Part shown: positions 48,650 through 61,377 of the stretch, one piece after another
Position numbering within the stretch: the stretch's first letter is position 1
How the letters are laid out: each line of letters starts with the position of its first letter
From: Mobula hypostoma
Taxonomy: Eukaryota
DNA: 64,000 nucleotides
Direction: 5' to 3'
Assembly: GCF_963921235.1 (NCBI RefSeq)
Contig: NC_086108.1
Coordinates: forward strand, 56,794,001-56,858,000
Position numbers and translations under genes: made by a program
The notes under the pieces: model-generated
Database searches by the model: none
Seen by the model: only the letters and a program-made list of their open reading frames with translations
What the model was told of the DNA's origin: nothing

Positions 48650-51600
48650 CACTTGCACCGCGTAGTGTGGAAATGCCACTCAGAAAGGATGCTCTCCAGC
48701 TTTCCTTATGGTGCCTGTCGGGTGATCCTTTCACAAGGTCCCACGGGACGGTTTAGATCACATGATATTCAGGCCATGCTAGTGAACTGGTCTCATAATT
48801 AGCACAATGGTAGCAAGCAGAGAGTGATGGTCAAATGCTGCTGCTTGCATTGAAGACCTGTGAAAGGTTACTGTGCCATCCCACACCACACTTTGGAAAA
48901 TCCCATCACTTGGCTGCACTTCTACTTCCAGCATGTGGGCAAAGATTAAAGGCTGCAGCACCAGTGGTGAGGACAAAGAAGGTATGGACAAGGGAGGTGG
49001 GGGAGCACTTACTGGGCTGCTTTGAGTCGGTGGATTGGACAGTATTCAAGGATTCATCTTCAATCTGAATGAATATGCCTCAGTTGTCACCTGTGTGGAT
49101 TAGTGTGTGCCTTTGAAAACATATCAGACATACCCAAATCGAAAGCCATGGATGAACCAGGAGATTTGTCATCTGCTGAGGACTGAATCTGTTTCATTCA
49201 AGACTGGTGATCCAGAACTATATAAGAAGTCCAGGTACAACCAATGGATGGCTATCTTAAGAGCGAAAAAAACAGCCTAGAGTTGGAATTGGATGCATGT
49301 CAACTGTGGCAGAGTTTGCAAGCCATTGCTTCCTACAAAGCGAAACGCGAATGGCTGTGATGCATCATTCCCAGATGAGCTGAATGCCTTTTATACACGC
49401 TTTAAAAGGGAGAATGAAACTACATCTATGTGAATCCCTGCAGCATCTTGTGAGCCTGTGAATTTGTCTTTGACGTCAATGTCAGAACACCTTTCAAGAG
49501 TGTCCTTAATGCTGGAGATGCTAATGTCCATTAAATATAGCTGCTGTAGTGCCTTCTTTATAAATGCCTCCATATATTGGGCTCAGGATAGATCCTCAGA
49601 GATGCTGACACCCAGGAATTTAAAACTGCTCACTCTTTCCACTGCTGATCCCTCAATGAGGACTGGTGTGTGTTTGACTTATCTTCCTCAAGTCCACAAT
49701 CAATTATTTGGTCTTAACACCACTCAATCAGCTGATCTGTCTCATTCCTGTATGCCTCCTCCTCACATCCGAAATTCTTCCAATAACAGTTGTATCATTG
49801 GCAAATTTATTGATGGCACCTCAGCTGTGTCTAGCCACACAGCAGTATGTGTAGAGAGAGTAGAGCAGTGTGCTAAGCACACATCCTTATGGGTGCACCA
49901 GTGTTCATTGTCAGTGAGGAGGAGATGTTATTTCCCATCCACACTGACTGAGAAAGTCAAGGATCCAGTTGCAGAGGGAGTTACAAAGGCCAAGGTTTTG
50001 GAACATGTTGATTAGTACTAAGGGTATGATTGTGTTTGATCCTGAGCTGTTATCAATGGACAGCAGCCTGACTTGGGTATTAATATTATCCAGGTGATTC
50101 AGGTCCAAGTGGAGAGCCAGTGAAATTGTAGACTTATTGTGGCGACAGGCAAATTCCAGTGGATCCAGGTCTAGGAGTTGGTTCTAATCAAGGCCAACCA
50201 CTCAAAGCACTTCATCTCAATAGAGGTGAGTGCAGCTGGGCAATAGTCGTTGAGGCAGATCTCTCTGCTCTTCTTGGGCACTGGTATAATTGTCGCCCTT
50301 CAGAAGCAGGTGGAAATTTTCAAAAGCAACAGTGAGAGATGAAAGATGTCCTTGAACACTCCACCCAGTTTCTGGCACAGGTTTTCAGTGCCCTGCTAAG
50401 TACACCATCAGGACCTGACGCCTCGTGAAAGATGCTCTGATATCAGCCTCCGAGACATAGATCACAGGGTCACCAGGTGCCGCAGGGATTCATACGGGTG
50501 TAGTTTTATTTTCCCTTTCAAAGCGTGCACAAAATGTGTTAAGCTCATCTGGGAGTGAAGTATTATACAACCATTCATGCTGTTAGGTTTCGCCTTGTAG
50601 AAGTAATGCCCTGCAAACCCTGCCAGAGCTGGCGTGCATCTGAATCTGTCTTTATGTTCAATCAGATTTGGTTTTTTCTCTCTTAAAATAGCCTTGTATT
50701 GTTCGGGTCCACTGGTTTAAAATACCACAGATCTAGCCTTCAGCAGACTACAAATTTCCTGGTTTTAAAGTAGCTTATGGTTTGAGTATATCTGCTAAGT
50801 TCTTGAGGACACACACTCAGCCACACAGGTCTCAATGATGTCGTTGATGTCGTGGCATATTCAATCATAATTGAAGATGAATCCCTGAGTATTGTCCAGT
50901 CCACTGACTCAAAGCAGTCCTTTCAGCACTCCTCCACCTCCTTTGTGTTCCTCACCACTGGTGCTGAGGTCTTTAGCCTCTACCTGTACTCCGGGAGTAA
51001 AAGTACAGCCAGGAGGTTGGACTTTCCAAAGAGTGGGTGTGGGATGGCACAGTAAGCGTTCTTGACAGTGGTATAACAGTGGTCAAATGTGTTGGCTCCT
51101 CTGGTTCCACAGGTGATATGTTGGTGGTAGTTGTTCAGAGACTTCTTCAAGTTGGGTGTGTTTCATGAATGCTGATTATCAGCTCAGCAACTCCAGTGCC
51201 AGCCAGAGTTGAAATGTACACCACTACTGGGATGATGGTGGAAAACTCCCTCAGCAGATAACATGGATGACATTTGACCCCACTAGATGTTGTAGGTCTG
51301 GTGAGCTGGACTGAGACAGAACTGCAACGTCTGTGCATCACAATGAGTTAATCGTGAAACATACCCATCTCCTCTACCTTTAAAAAAGTCAGCAATCTTG
51401 TCTTTTTTGGTACATAGTGAAGCCTTTGGGCTGTAGCACTATGTCTGAAATGGCAGGGGTTAGCTAGGTTTCCATGAAACAGTCCCTAATGTCCTCTCTG
51501 GTACAGCAATCTTGCTCTGAAGTCTTTGATTTTATTTTCCAGAGGCTGTACATTCACCAGCAAGATAGCTGGGAGGTAGGGGGTCCAAGGCCTTTGTGTT

Positions 51601-51700
51601 TCAATCATACCTGCAGACTGGCCCCCTTTCCACGCTTCCACTTTCTTAAATGGGAACTGCACTCCTGACCCGAGTCTGCTGACCAGGGTCCACTGATTTT
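48650..51700. mobile_element. Decayed Rex1/Babar pieces in both orientations
   Basis: Plus-strand piece (~48800-49520; GCFESVDWTVFKDSS) is homologous to minus-strand 50300-50970. The minus piece carries EN and RT relics. Confidence 0.7.
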
Positions 51701-52196
51701 CAGGATCAAGAAACTTTTTTTTTGAAATGTCTTAAAGCAATGCTGCTTACTGAAGTACCCAAAGCTGTGAGTATGGATTTCAGCCACAGTAGTCCTAAAC
51801 GGGAATATTTGATGATTCCCATTGGAACTACATGCAAAATGTTGCCACTTATCGGTGCCATCTTAGGAAAGGATAGGATGGATTTAGAAAGATATGGCCC
51901 AAACATGGGCAAACAGAAATAGAGTACGTGTGTGTCAGGCTTGCCTGATAGACCTGTTTGTCTTGTACGAATTTCTATGGTTGGAATAGGGAGGTTAAAG
52001 TTACATTCATTGTATCTAGACAAGAAATAAATCGCTAAGAACCCAGTTCCACTTTGACACATTAACACCAGAAGCCGTACTGAAACGGGAGGAAGAATGA
52101 TTACTGGGATGAAAAAGTAATACAGATGCCCAAAATACAACAAACCGCTCCATTTGGGGAAATAACACTGTTTCCTTTTTCATGGATTTTGTATAG

Positions 52197-52337
52197 AGGG
52201 CATTGATCCAACCAACAAAAGTTACACAATACCAGACCTGAAACCAGGAGCAGAATATATTGTATGGATGACAGCCCTAACTAAAGCTGGAGAAGGAAAG
52301 AGTGGAGTACCTCACAAATTTTACCTAAATTACATAA
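52197..52337 (+). CDS. IL12RB2: IL12RB2-like exon K (last FNIII, end)
   Basis: gtatag/gtaagt boundaries. Encodes KGIDPTNKSYTIPDLKPGAEYIVWMTALTKAGEGKSGVPHKFYLNYI. WMTALTxAGE matches the IL12RB2 sequence as I recall it. Confidence 0.9.
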
Positions 52338-52519
52338 GTAAGTATTTACCAGAACTCTGAATATCACAGCTAAACACACTGCCATAGATCTTTAGCTGGA
52401 GTCAAAGCTGCCACTTTCAACAGTATACACTCTCCCTTCCCAGTATATCCATTAGAGCAGAGCAGAGCACAAGGCAAAATGATTTATGCCCAGCTATCAA
52501 ATAATTTGACTTATATATG

Positions 52520-52727
52520 AAGAATTCTTTGCCACAGGCAGCTGTGTAGCTAAGTCTTTTTATATGTTTAAGGCCGAGGTTGATAAGATTCTTGATTTAT
52601 CAGGGCATGAAGGGGTCGAGGAGTTAGGGGATTGGGGCTGAAAGGGAAATGGATCAACCATGATGAAATGGCAGAGCAGACTCGATGGGCCAAATGGCCT
52701 AATTTTGCTCCTATATCTTATGGTCTA
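52520..52727 (+). mobile_element. CR1 3' end fragment
   Basis: gatgggccaaatggcctaattttgctcctatatcttatggtct terminal stem-loop and tail. Confidence 0.8.
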
Positions 52728-52929
52728 ACATCAAAGGACAGTCATGCCTCAACATCACGTATCATTTGTGTAAAGTCAGAGTTTGGAAAGAAGGCAGGGA
52801 AATAACTAATTGGTCACAGAACAGAATTTCAGCATTATTTGGTACTTAGGAGAGATAAATCAGAAGGGCCACATTTGGGCAGTCAGCTGACCAGCAGATT
52901 CAAACTGTTGAAATGTTCTTGTTCTCCAG

Positions 52930-53041
52930 GTACAGAGCTGCACTCCAACAGCAGTTCCATCATCAGGGTCGTCATTGCAGTAACATTCTCAGTTGCCGTA
53001 GTTGTTTCTGTGTTTTGTTTATGGCAGTCGGTGAGAAGCAG
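52930..53041 (+). CDS. IL12RB2: IL12RB2-like exon L (transmembrane helix)
   Basis: ttctccag/gtaata boundaries. Encodes STELHSNSSSIIRVVIAVTFSVAVVVSVFCLWQSVRSR, a hydrophobic span followed by basic residues. Confidence 0.88.
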
Positions 53042-54118
53042 GTAATATTTACTGAAATAACTCCTAGTAACATTTAGCTTATTTTAAATAGTGTTAGTGC
53101 TCCAAATATCTCAAAATTAATATGTATTGTTTTTGTTTATTCTGTACTCTTAACTTCTAAGAGCTTGCAGCTGCCAAGACTTTTAAATAATATTGATCCA
53201 TATTTAGTGCTTACAACCTCCAGGTGTAATCAGAAATTCCTTTTTAAATTGTGTCTTGGCTGAATTTTGACATTTAGTGGAAAATAATTTTATGCAATCA
53301 AAATGACTGTGAGCAGCATTTTCCAAAGACTGCACTTGATGCAAAGTGGGAAAAAAAATCAGATGGAGTAAGCTACTTCCCAGGCTAACTCAATTGCTTG
53401 CGCCCTTGCTTATGCACTTGAGATTCATTTACATCACCACTTTATGTGAAGGTAATGCAGTCACTGTCAGGCCTGGGAGGGTCAAGTCCCTCCGATCATT
53501 AATGCAAACTTGTCCATAAGTGTGGAAATAAAGTTCTGCAAAATTAACAGTCAGGCACAAGCAGAGTTCAGTTCAGTCTTGCATCCACTGGAATGATTCA
53601 GAGGACAGCAGATAAAATTAACTCATTCATTGCACAATATAGTTTGAATGATTTGCTGAGGTCATAGCTTTGCTCATTCACCATAAAATGGGTCTATCTA
53701 AATTCATTTTCCCAATTACTTCAAAAGCATAAAATCAGATCTCTGCTGTTAATCTTTTTAAGTTTGTCTGATGTTGTCAAATGGCAGGCAAGGAAATGGT
53801 GCCAAAATTGGTTTGAAAATGTCATTTTGATGGTCTGCTTCTTCACTGTAAATCCATTGTTCTACTTTAGGCCCATTAAATTTGAGTAACTTGCCCAGTT
53901 TCCTGCTCTAGGTCAGTCAACATTATGAGGAGGACCTAATTCTAGCATGAAATGGGGACTTCTCTGATGGTCCCCACGGAAGTCCCAAAAAATAATTTGG
54001 CGAATGCCTGCTGGAGAGTTCTCATCATGGAAGATTTATAGGATATACAATTACATAATCAGTCCTCAAGCTAGGTTGCATAAAGTGCTCTTCTCATTTG
54101 TATTTTGTTTTGACGTAG

Positions 54119-54218
54119 GACTTTGTCTATTTTATCAAAACTTACATCTCATCTGTATGTTAAAAAGATTCCTGATCCAGCTAATTGTACATGGGCAAAG
54201 GAATACACTGCAATCAAG
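54119..54218 (+). CDS. IL12RB2: IL12RB2-like exon M (Box1, JAK-binding)
   Basis: gacgtag/gtaaaa boundaries, 100 nt. Encodes TLSILSKLTSHLYVKKIPDPANCTWAKEYTAIK (IPDPAN motif). Ends in phase 0; the terminal exon is not in the window. Confidence 0.9.
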
Positions 54219-54371
54219 GTAAAATGTTTAAATTTATATTCTATGTTTAAAAAATACATTCTGCATGGGTTGGGAAAATATTGGTATTCGCATCTTATTT
54301 GGAGAATTCTTCCCAATCTGCCAATCAATACAAATAGCATCGCTTTCAACAGACCTTAGCAGCTCTTGTGT

Positions 54372-54390
54372 AGGCCACTAGATGGCGCAC
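54372..54390 (+). promoter_or_regulatory. Candidate CTCF binding site
   Basis: AGGCCACTAGATGGCGCAC closely matches the CTCF core CCACYAGRKGGCGC. The CpG is retained in non-repeat, CpG-poor DNA. Confidence 0.65.
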
Positions 54391-54454
54391 TATGCAAGCA
54401 CTATTCCCTGCTTCAGATTAAGAAACAAGGCAATAATAACCCTAAATATATGCA

Positions 54455-55075
54455 AAACAGCCAGTCATACTACATGGAAACAGGCACTTTGGTTGAATTG
54501 GTCTATTCCAACCAAGATGCCCATCTAATCTAGGGCAATTCATGTACCTGTCCAATTATCTTTTGCATGTTGTGAATGAACCTGCCTCAGCCACTTCTTC
54601 TGGTACCTCATTTCCATACACACACAATCCTCTACAAGATGCTGCCCCTTGGGTTCCTATTAAATCTCTCTCCCCTTAAAACTCTATCTACCTTCTTGTT
54701 CTTGGTTCCCCAATCCTAGGAAACATGCTGTATGTTTCATCGTACCTGTCTGTGCCTCATGATTTTATATACCCAAAATTATTCCTTATTCTCCTACATG
54801 CCAATTAATAAAGTCCTAGTCTACTCAACCTCTCTCTATAACTCAGTCCTTTGAGTCTTGCCAACATTCTTGTAAACTTTTTATGCACTCCTTCTAGCCT
54901 AATAGCATTTTTCCTTTGCAGGGCATCCAAATCTGAACACAATGTGTCCTCACCATTATCTTGTATAATAACTCCAACATAATATCCAATATCCATAACC
55001 TAATGCCTGACTGAAGGCCAGGATGCCAAAAGGCTTTTTCACTAACCTATCTACTTGTGATGCCACTTATGGAGA
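54455..55075 (-). mobile_element. Decayed CR1 3' fragment
   Basis: LEGVHKKFTRMLARLKGLSYRERLSRLGLY. Confidence 0.75.
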
Positions 55076-55083
55076 ACAATGTA

Positions 55084-55690
55084 CAGGTTGAGCACCCCAT
55101 ATCTGAAATGCATGGGGCCAACAATGTTTCAAATTTTTTTGGATTTTGGAATATTTATATAATGTCTAAACACAGGATCTATTTACATTACATATACAGC
55201 CTATACATATACCCTCTAGGTAGTTTTATTTAATATGGTTAATTATTTTGTGCATGAAACAATATGTACATTGAGCCATCAGGAAGGTAAGCTATCCTAT
55301 CACTACCTCACCCATGCAGATGGACAGTCAGTGGCTGTTTGGCTTTGCCAATTCTCTGAATTTACATGCTACCAGAAAGCAGTCTTTGTCTTGCACTTGT
55401 TCAACACACATAACAGTAAAAATTATTACAACCCAATAATATAATGAAAATATAGTATGTGCCAGTTAATAAAAGCAGCACAGCAGCATCAGGGATCAGC
55501 TGTTGAACACCAACAAACAACGGCAGGCTTTCGGTCTCCACCTACGATGCCGTGTCTTGTTTAAAATATTGCAGTACAGTGTATTTGTATTTTACTTCTT
55601 TTGGGTTTTATGTAAGGTATTAGATCAAAAGATTGAATTTAATCACAGGTAAATGTAACAAAAACTGAAAAAGTCCACATTTTATTTTTA
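55084..55690 (-). mobile_element. Tigger-family non-autonomous fragment
   Basis: TA|CAGGTTGAGCACCCC end and interior homologous (inverted) to 42780-43250. The second TIR is not seen. Confidence 0.75.
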
Positions 55691-55710
55691 AACTCAATAA
55701 TGACTCTGGT

Positions 55711-58700
55711 CATAGAACCATAGAAACCATAGAAACTACAGCACAGAAACAGGCCCTTTGGCCCTTCTTGGCTGTGCCGAACCATTTTCTGCCTAGTCCC
55801 ACTGACCTGCACAAGGACCCTATCCCTCCATACACCTCCCATCCATGTATCTGTCCAATTTATTTTTAAGTGTTAAAAAAGAACCCGCATTTACCGCCTC
55901 ATCTGGCAGCTCATTCCATACTCCCACCACTCTCTTTGTGAAGAAGCCCCCCCCCAATGTTCCCTTTAAACTTTCCCCCCCTCACCCTTAACCCATGTCC
56001 TCTGGTTTTTTTCTCCCCTTGCCTCAGTGGAAAAAGCCTGCTTGCATTCACTCTATCTATACCCATCATAATTTTATAAACCTCTATGAGATCTCCCCTC
56101 ATTCTTCTACGCTCCAGGGAATAAAGTCCTAACCTATTCAACCTTTCTCTGTAACTGAGTTTCAACCTTATTTATATCCTTCCTGTAATTCGGTGACCAA
56201 AACTGGACACAATACTCCAGATTCGGCCTCACCAATGCCTTATACAACCTCATCATAACATTCCAGCTCTTATACTCAATACTTCGATTAATAAAGGCCA
56301 ATGTACCAAAAAGCTCTCTTTACTACCCTATCTACCTGTGACGCCACTTTTAGGGAATTTTGTATCTGTATTCCCAGACCCCTCTGTTCCACTGCACTCC
56401 TCAGTGCCTTACCATTAACCTGTATGTTCTACCTTGGTTTGTCCTTCCAACGTGCAATACCTCACACTTGTCTGTATTAAACTCCATCTGCCATTTTTCA
56501 GCCCATTTTTCCAGCTGGTCCAAATCCCTCTGCAGGCTCTGAAAACCTTCCTCACTGTCTACTACACCTCCAATCTTTGTATCATCAGCAAATTTGCTGA
56601 TCCAATTTACCACATTATCATCCAGATCATTGATATAGATGACAAATAACAATGGACCCAGCACTGATCCCTGTGGCATACCACTAGTCACAGGCCTCCA
56701 CTCAGAGAAGCAATTCTCTACTACCACTCTTTGGCTTCTTCTATTGAGCCAATGTCTAATCTAATTTACCACTTCTCCATATATACCTAGCGACTGAATT
56801 TTCCTAACTAACCTCCCATGCGGGACCTTGTCAAAGGCCTTACTGAAGTCCATGTAGACAATATCCACTGCCTTCCCTTCATCCACTTTCCTGGTAACCT
56901 CCTCGAAAAACTCCAATAGATTGGTCAAACATGACCTACCACGCACAAAGCCATGTTGACTCTCCCTAATAAGTCCCTGTCTATCCAAATGCTTGTAGAT
57001 TCTGTCTCTTAGTACTTCCTCCAATAACTTACCCACTACCAACGTTAAACTTCCTGGCCTATAATTTCCCGGATTACTTTTTGATCCTTTTTGAAACAAC
57101 GAAACAACATGAGCCACTCTCCAATCCTCCAGCACCTCACCTGTAGACAGCGACATTTTAAATATTTCTGCCAGGGTCCCTGCAATTTCAGCACTAGTCT
57201 CCCTCAAGGTCCGAGGGAACACTCTGTCAGGTCCCGGGGATTTATCCACTTTAATTTTCCTCAAGACAGCAAGGACCTCCACCTTTTCGATCTGTACAGT
57301 TTCCATGATCTCACTACTTGTTTCCCTTAATTCCATAGACTTCACGCCAATTTCCTTAGTAAATACAGACGCAAAAAACCTATTTAAGATCTCCCCCATT
57401 TTCTTTGGTTCCGCACATAGCCGACCACTCTGATCTTCAAGAGGACCAATTTTATCCCTTACAATCCTTTTGCTCTTAATATACCTGTAAAAGCTATTTG
57501 GATTATCCTTCACTTTGACTGCCAAGGCAACCTCATGTCTTTTTTTAGCCCTCCTGATTTCTTTCTTAAGTATTTTCTTGCACTTCTTATACTCCTCAAG
57601 CACCTTATTTACTCCCTGCTTCCTATACATGTCATACAACTCCCTCTTCTTCTTTATCAGAGTTGCAATATCCCTTGAGAACCAAGGTTCCTTATTCCTA
57701 TTCACTTTGCCTTTAATCCTGACAGGAACATACAAACTCTGCACTCTCAAAATTTCTCCTTTGAAGGCTTTCCACCTACCGATCACATCTTTGCCAGAGA
57801 ACAACCTGTCCCAATCCTTGCTTTTTAGATCCCTTCTCATTTCTTCAAATTTGGCCTTCTTCCAGTTCAGAACCTCAACCCTAGGACCAGATCTATCCTT
57901 GTCCACGATCAAATTGAAACTAATGGTGTTATGATCACTGGAACCGAAGTGCTCCCCTACACAGACTTCCATCACTTGTCCTAACTCATTTCCTAACAGG
58001 AGATCCAATATTGCATCCCCTCTAGTTGGTCCCTCTATATATTGATTTAGAAAACTTTCCTGAACACGTTTTACAAACTCTAAACCATCTAGACCCCTAA
58101 CAGTATGGGAGTCCCAATCAATATATGGAAAATTAAAATCCCCTACCACCACAACTTTATGTTTCCTGCAGTTGCCTGCTATCTCTCTGCAGATTTGCTC
58201 TTCCAAGTCTCGTTGACTATTGGGGGTAATACAATCCCACTAATGTGGCCATACCTTTCCTCTTTCTCAGCTCCACCCATAAGGACTCAGTAGACAAGCC
58301 CTCTAATCTGTCCTGCCTGAGCACTGCTGTAATATTTTCCCTAATAAGCAATGCTACTCCCCCACCTTTCATTCCTCTGCCTTGATCACATCTGAAACAT
58401 TGGAACCCTGGAATATTAAGCTGTCAGTCCTGCCCCTCCTGTAGCCAAGTTTCACTAATTGCTATAACGTCATAATTCCACGTGTCAATCCACGCCTTCA
58501 ACTCATCCGCCTTCCCCACAATACTCCTGGCATTGAAATATATACACCTCAGAAGATTTTTACCACCACTTACAACCTTTCCATTAGCGGATTTGCTTGA
58601 ACTTTTAACATCATTTATTTTTACCCCAGCCACACTGTCAGCTCTGGCACTCTGGTTCCCATCCCCCTGCAAATTTAGTTTAAAGCCTCCCCAAAAGCAC

Positions 58701-58772
58701 TAACAAACCTCCCTGAAAGGATATTGGTCCCCCTGTAGTTCAAGTGTAACCTGTCTCTCTTGTACAGGTCAT
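55711..58772 (-). mobile_element. CR1 LINE, 5'-truncated in ORF1
   Basis: ORF1 end ...LHLNYRGTNILSGRFVSAFGEALN*. ORF2 pieces 58424-58672, 56761-58206, 56401-56727 and 55911-56165. (TTCTATGG)n tail. GGTCAT duplicated at 55708-55713 and 58767-58772. Confidence 0.93.
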
Positions 58773-58812
58773 GTTATACTCAAACATTGGATTTTAGGTG
58801 GAGATGAAATTT

Positions 58813-61113
58813 AGATCTAGTACTAGGTAATGAACCGGGTCAGGTCACAGATCTCTCAGTGGGTGAGCATCTGGGGGACAGTGACCACCGCTCCCTGGCC
58901 TTTAGCATTATCATGGAAAAGGATAGAATCAGAGAGGACAGGAAAATTTTTAATTGGGGAAGGGCAAATTATGAGGCTATAAGGCTGGAACTTGCGGATG
59001 TGAATTGGGATGATGTTTTTGCAGGGAAATGTACTATGGACATGTGGTCGATGTTTAGAGATCTCTTGCAGGATGTTAGGGATAAATTTGTCCTGGTGAG
59101 GAAGATAAAGAATGGTAGGGTGAAGGAACCATGGGTGACAAGTGAGGTGGAAAATCTAGTCAGGTGGAAGAAGGCAGCATACATGAGGTTTAGGAAGCAA
59201 GGATCAGATGGGTCTATTGAGGAATATAGGGAAGCAAGAAAGGAGATTAAGAAAGGGCTGAGAAGAGCAAGAAAGGGGCATGAGAAGGCCTTGGCGAGTA
59301 GGGTAAAGGAAAACCCCAAGGCATTCTTCAATTTTATGAAGAAAAAAAAGATGACAGGAGTGAAGGTAGACCGATTAGAGATAAAGGTGGGAAGATGTGC
59401 CTGGAGGCTGTGGAAGTGAGCGAGGTCCTCAGTGAATACTTCTCTTCAGTATTCACCAATGAGCGGGAACTTGATGATGGTGAGGACAATATGAGTGAGG
59501 TTGATGTTCTGGAGCATGTTGATATTAAGGGAGAGGAGGTGTTGGAGTTGTTAAAATACATTAGGACGGATAAGTCCCCGGGGCCTGATGGAATATTCCC
59601 CAGGCTGCTCCACGAGGCGAGGGAAGAGATTGCTGAGCCTCTGGCTAGGATCTTTATGTCCTCGTTGTCCACGGGAATAGTACCGGAGGATTGGAGGGAG
59701 GCGAATGTTGTCCCCTTGTTCAAAAAAAGTAGTAGGGATAGTCCATGTAATTATAGACCAGTGAGCCTTACGTCTGTGGTGGGATAGCTGTTGGAAAAGA
59801 TTCTTAGAGATAGGATCTCTGGGCATTTAGAGAATCATGGTCTGATCAGGGACAGTCAGCATGGTTTTGTGAAGGGCAGATCGTGTCTAACAAGCCTGAT
59901 TAGAGTTCTTTGAGGAGGTGACCAGGCATATAGATGAGGGTAGTGCAGTGGATGTGATCTCTATGGATTTTAGTAAGGCATTTGACAAGGTTCCACACGG
60001 TAGGTTTATTCAGAACGTCCAAAGGCATGGGATCCAGGGAAGTTTAGCCAGGTGGATTCAGAATTGGCTTGCCTGCAGAAGGCAGAGGGTCGTGGTGGAG
60101 GGAGTACATTCAGATTGGAGGATTGTAACTAGTGGTGTCCCACAAGGATCTGTTCTGGGACTTCTACTTTTCGTGATTTTTATTAATGACCTCGATGTGG
60201 GGGTAGAAGGGTGGGTTGGCAAGTTTGCAGACGACACAAAGGTTGGTGGTGTTGTAGATAGTGTAGAGGATTGTCAAAGATTGCAGAGAGACATCGATAG
60301 GATGCAGAAGTGGGCTGAGAAGTGGCAGATGGAGTTCAACCAGGAGAAGTGTGAGGTGGTACACTTTGGAAGGACAAACTCCAAGGCAGAGTACAAAGTA
60401 AATGGCAGGATACTTGGTAGTGTGGAAGAGCAGAGGGATCTGGGGTTACATGTCCACAGATCCCTGAAAGTTGCCTCACAGCTGGATAGGGTAGTTGAGA
60501 AAGCTTATGGGGTGTTAGCTTTCATAAGTCAAGGGATAGAGTTTAAGAGTCACGAGGTAATGATGCAGCTCTATAAAACTCTGGTTAGGCCACACTTGGA
60601 GTACTGTGTCCAGTTCTGGTCACTTCACTATAGGAAGGATGTGGAAGCATTGGAAAGGGTACAGAGGAGATTTACCAGGATGCTGCCTGGTTTAGAAAGT
60701 ATGCATTATGATCAGAGATTAAGGGAGCTAGGGCTTTACTCTTTGGAGAGGAGGAGGATGAGAGGAGACATGATAGAGGTGTACAAGATAATAAGAGGAA
60801 TAGATAGAGTGGATAGCCAGTGCCTCTTCCCCAGGGCACCACTGCTCAATACAAGAGGACATGGCTTTAAAGTAAGGGGTGGGAAGTTCAAGGGGGATAT
60901 TAGAGGAAGGTTTTTTACTCAGAGAGTGGTTGGTGCGTGAAATGCACTGCCTGGGTCAGTGGTGGAGGCAGATACACTGAAGTTTAAGAGACTACTAGAC
61001 AGGTATATGGAGGAATTTAAGGTGGGGGGTTATATGGCTGGCAGGGTTTGAGGGTTGGCACAACATTGTGGGCCAAAGGGCCTGTACTGTACTACTCTAT
61101 GTTCTATGTTCTA
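58813..61113 (+). mobile_element. 5'-truncated CR1 LINE
   Basis: ORFs 58859-59419, 59395-59787 and 59918-60940 (end of EN, RT with FADD). (TTCTATG)n tail. Confidence 0.93.
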
Positions 61114-61377
61114 TTTCATGCAAAAATAATGTTTTGTAATTAACAAAAAATAAGAAGATTTCCACTTACAAAGGATGATAAATACAGCACCAAACATTGT
61201 GAGGAAGAACATCAGAAGTGGTTGAGGGATATGAAAGTGGATACTCTCAGGATGAAACACAGTGCTGGATGACTTTTGTTTGAATGTTTCTTCCAGTGTC
61301 CTCTGCCTCATTAACGATTTGTGTTGCAGCAATCTTTCTTTAATTTTTATAAGCTGACATAATTTCTTGTTCTGTAT

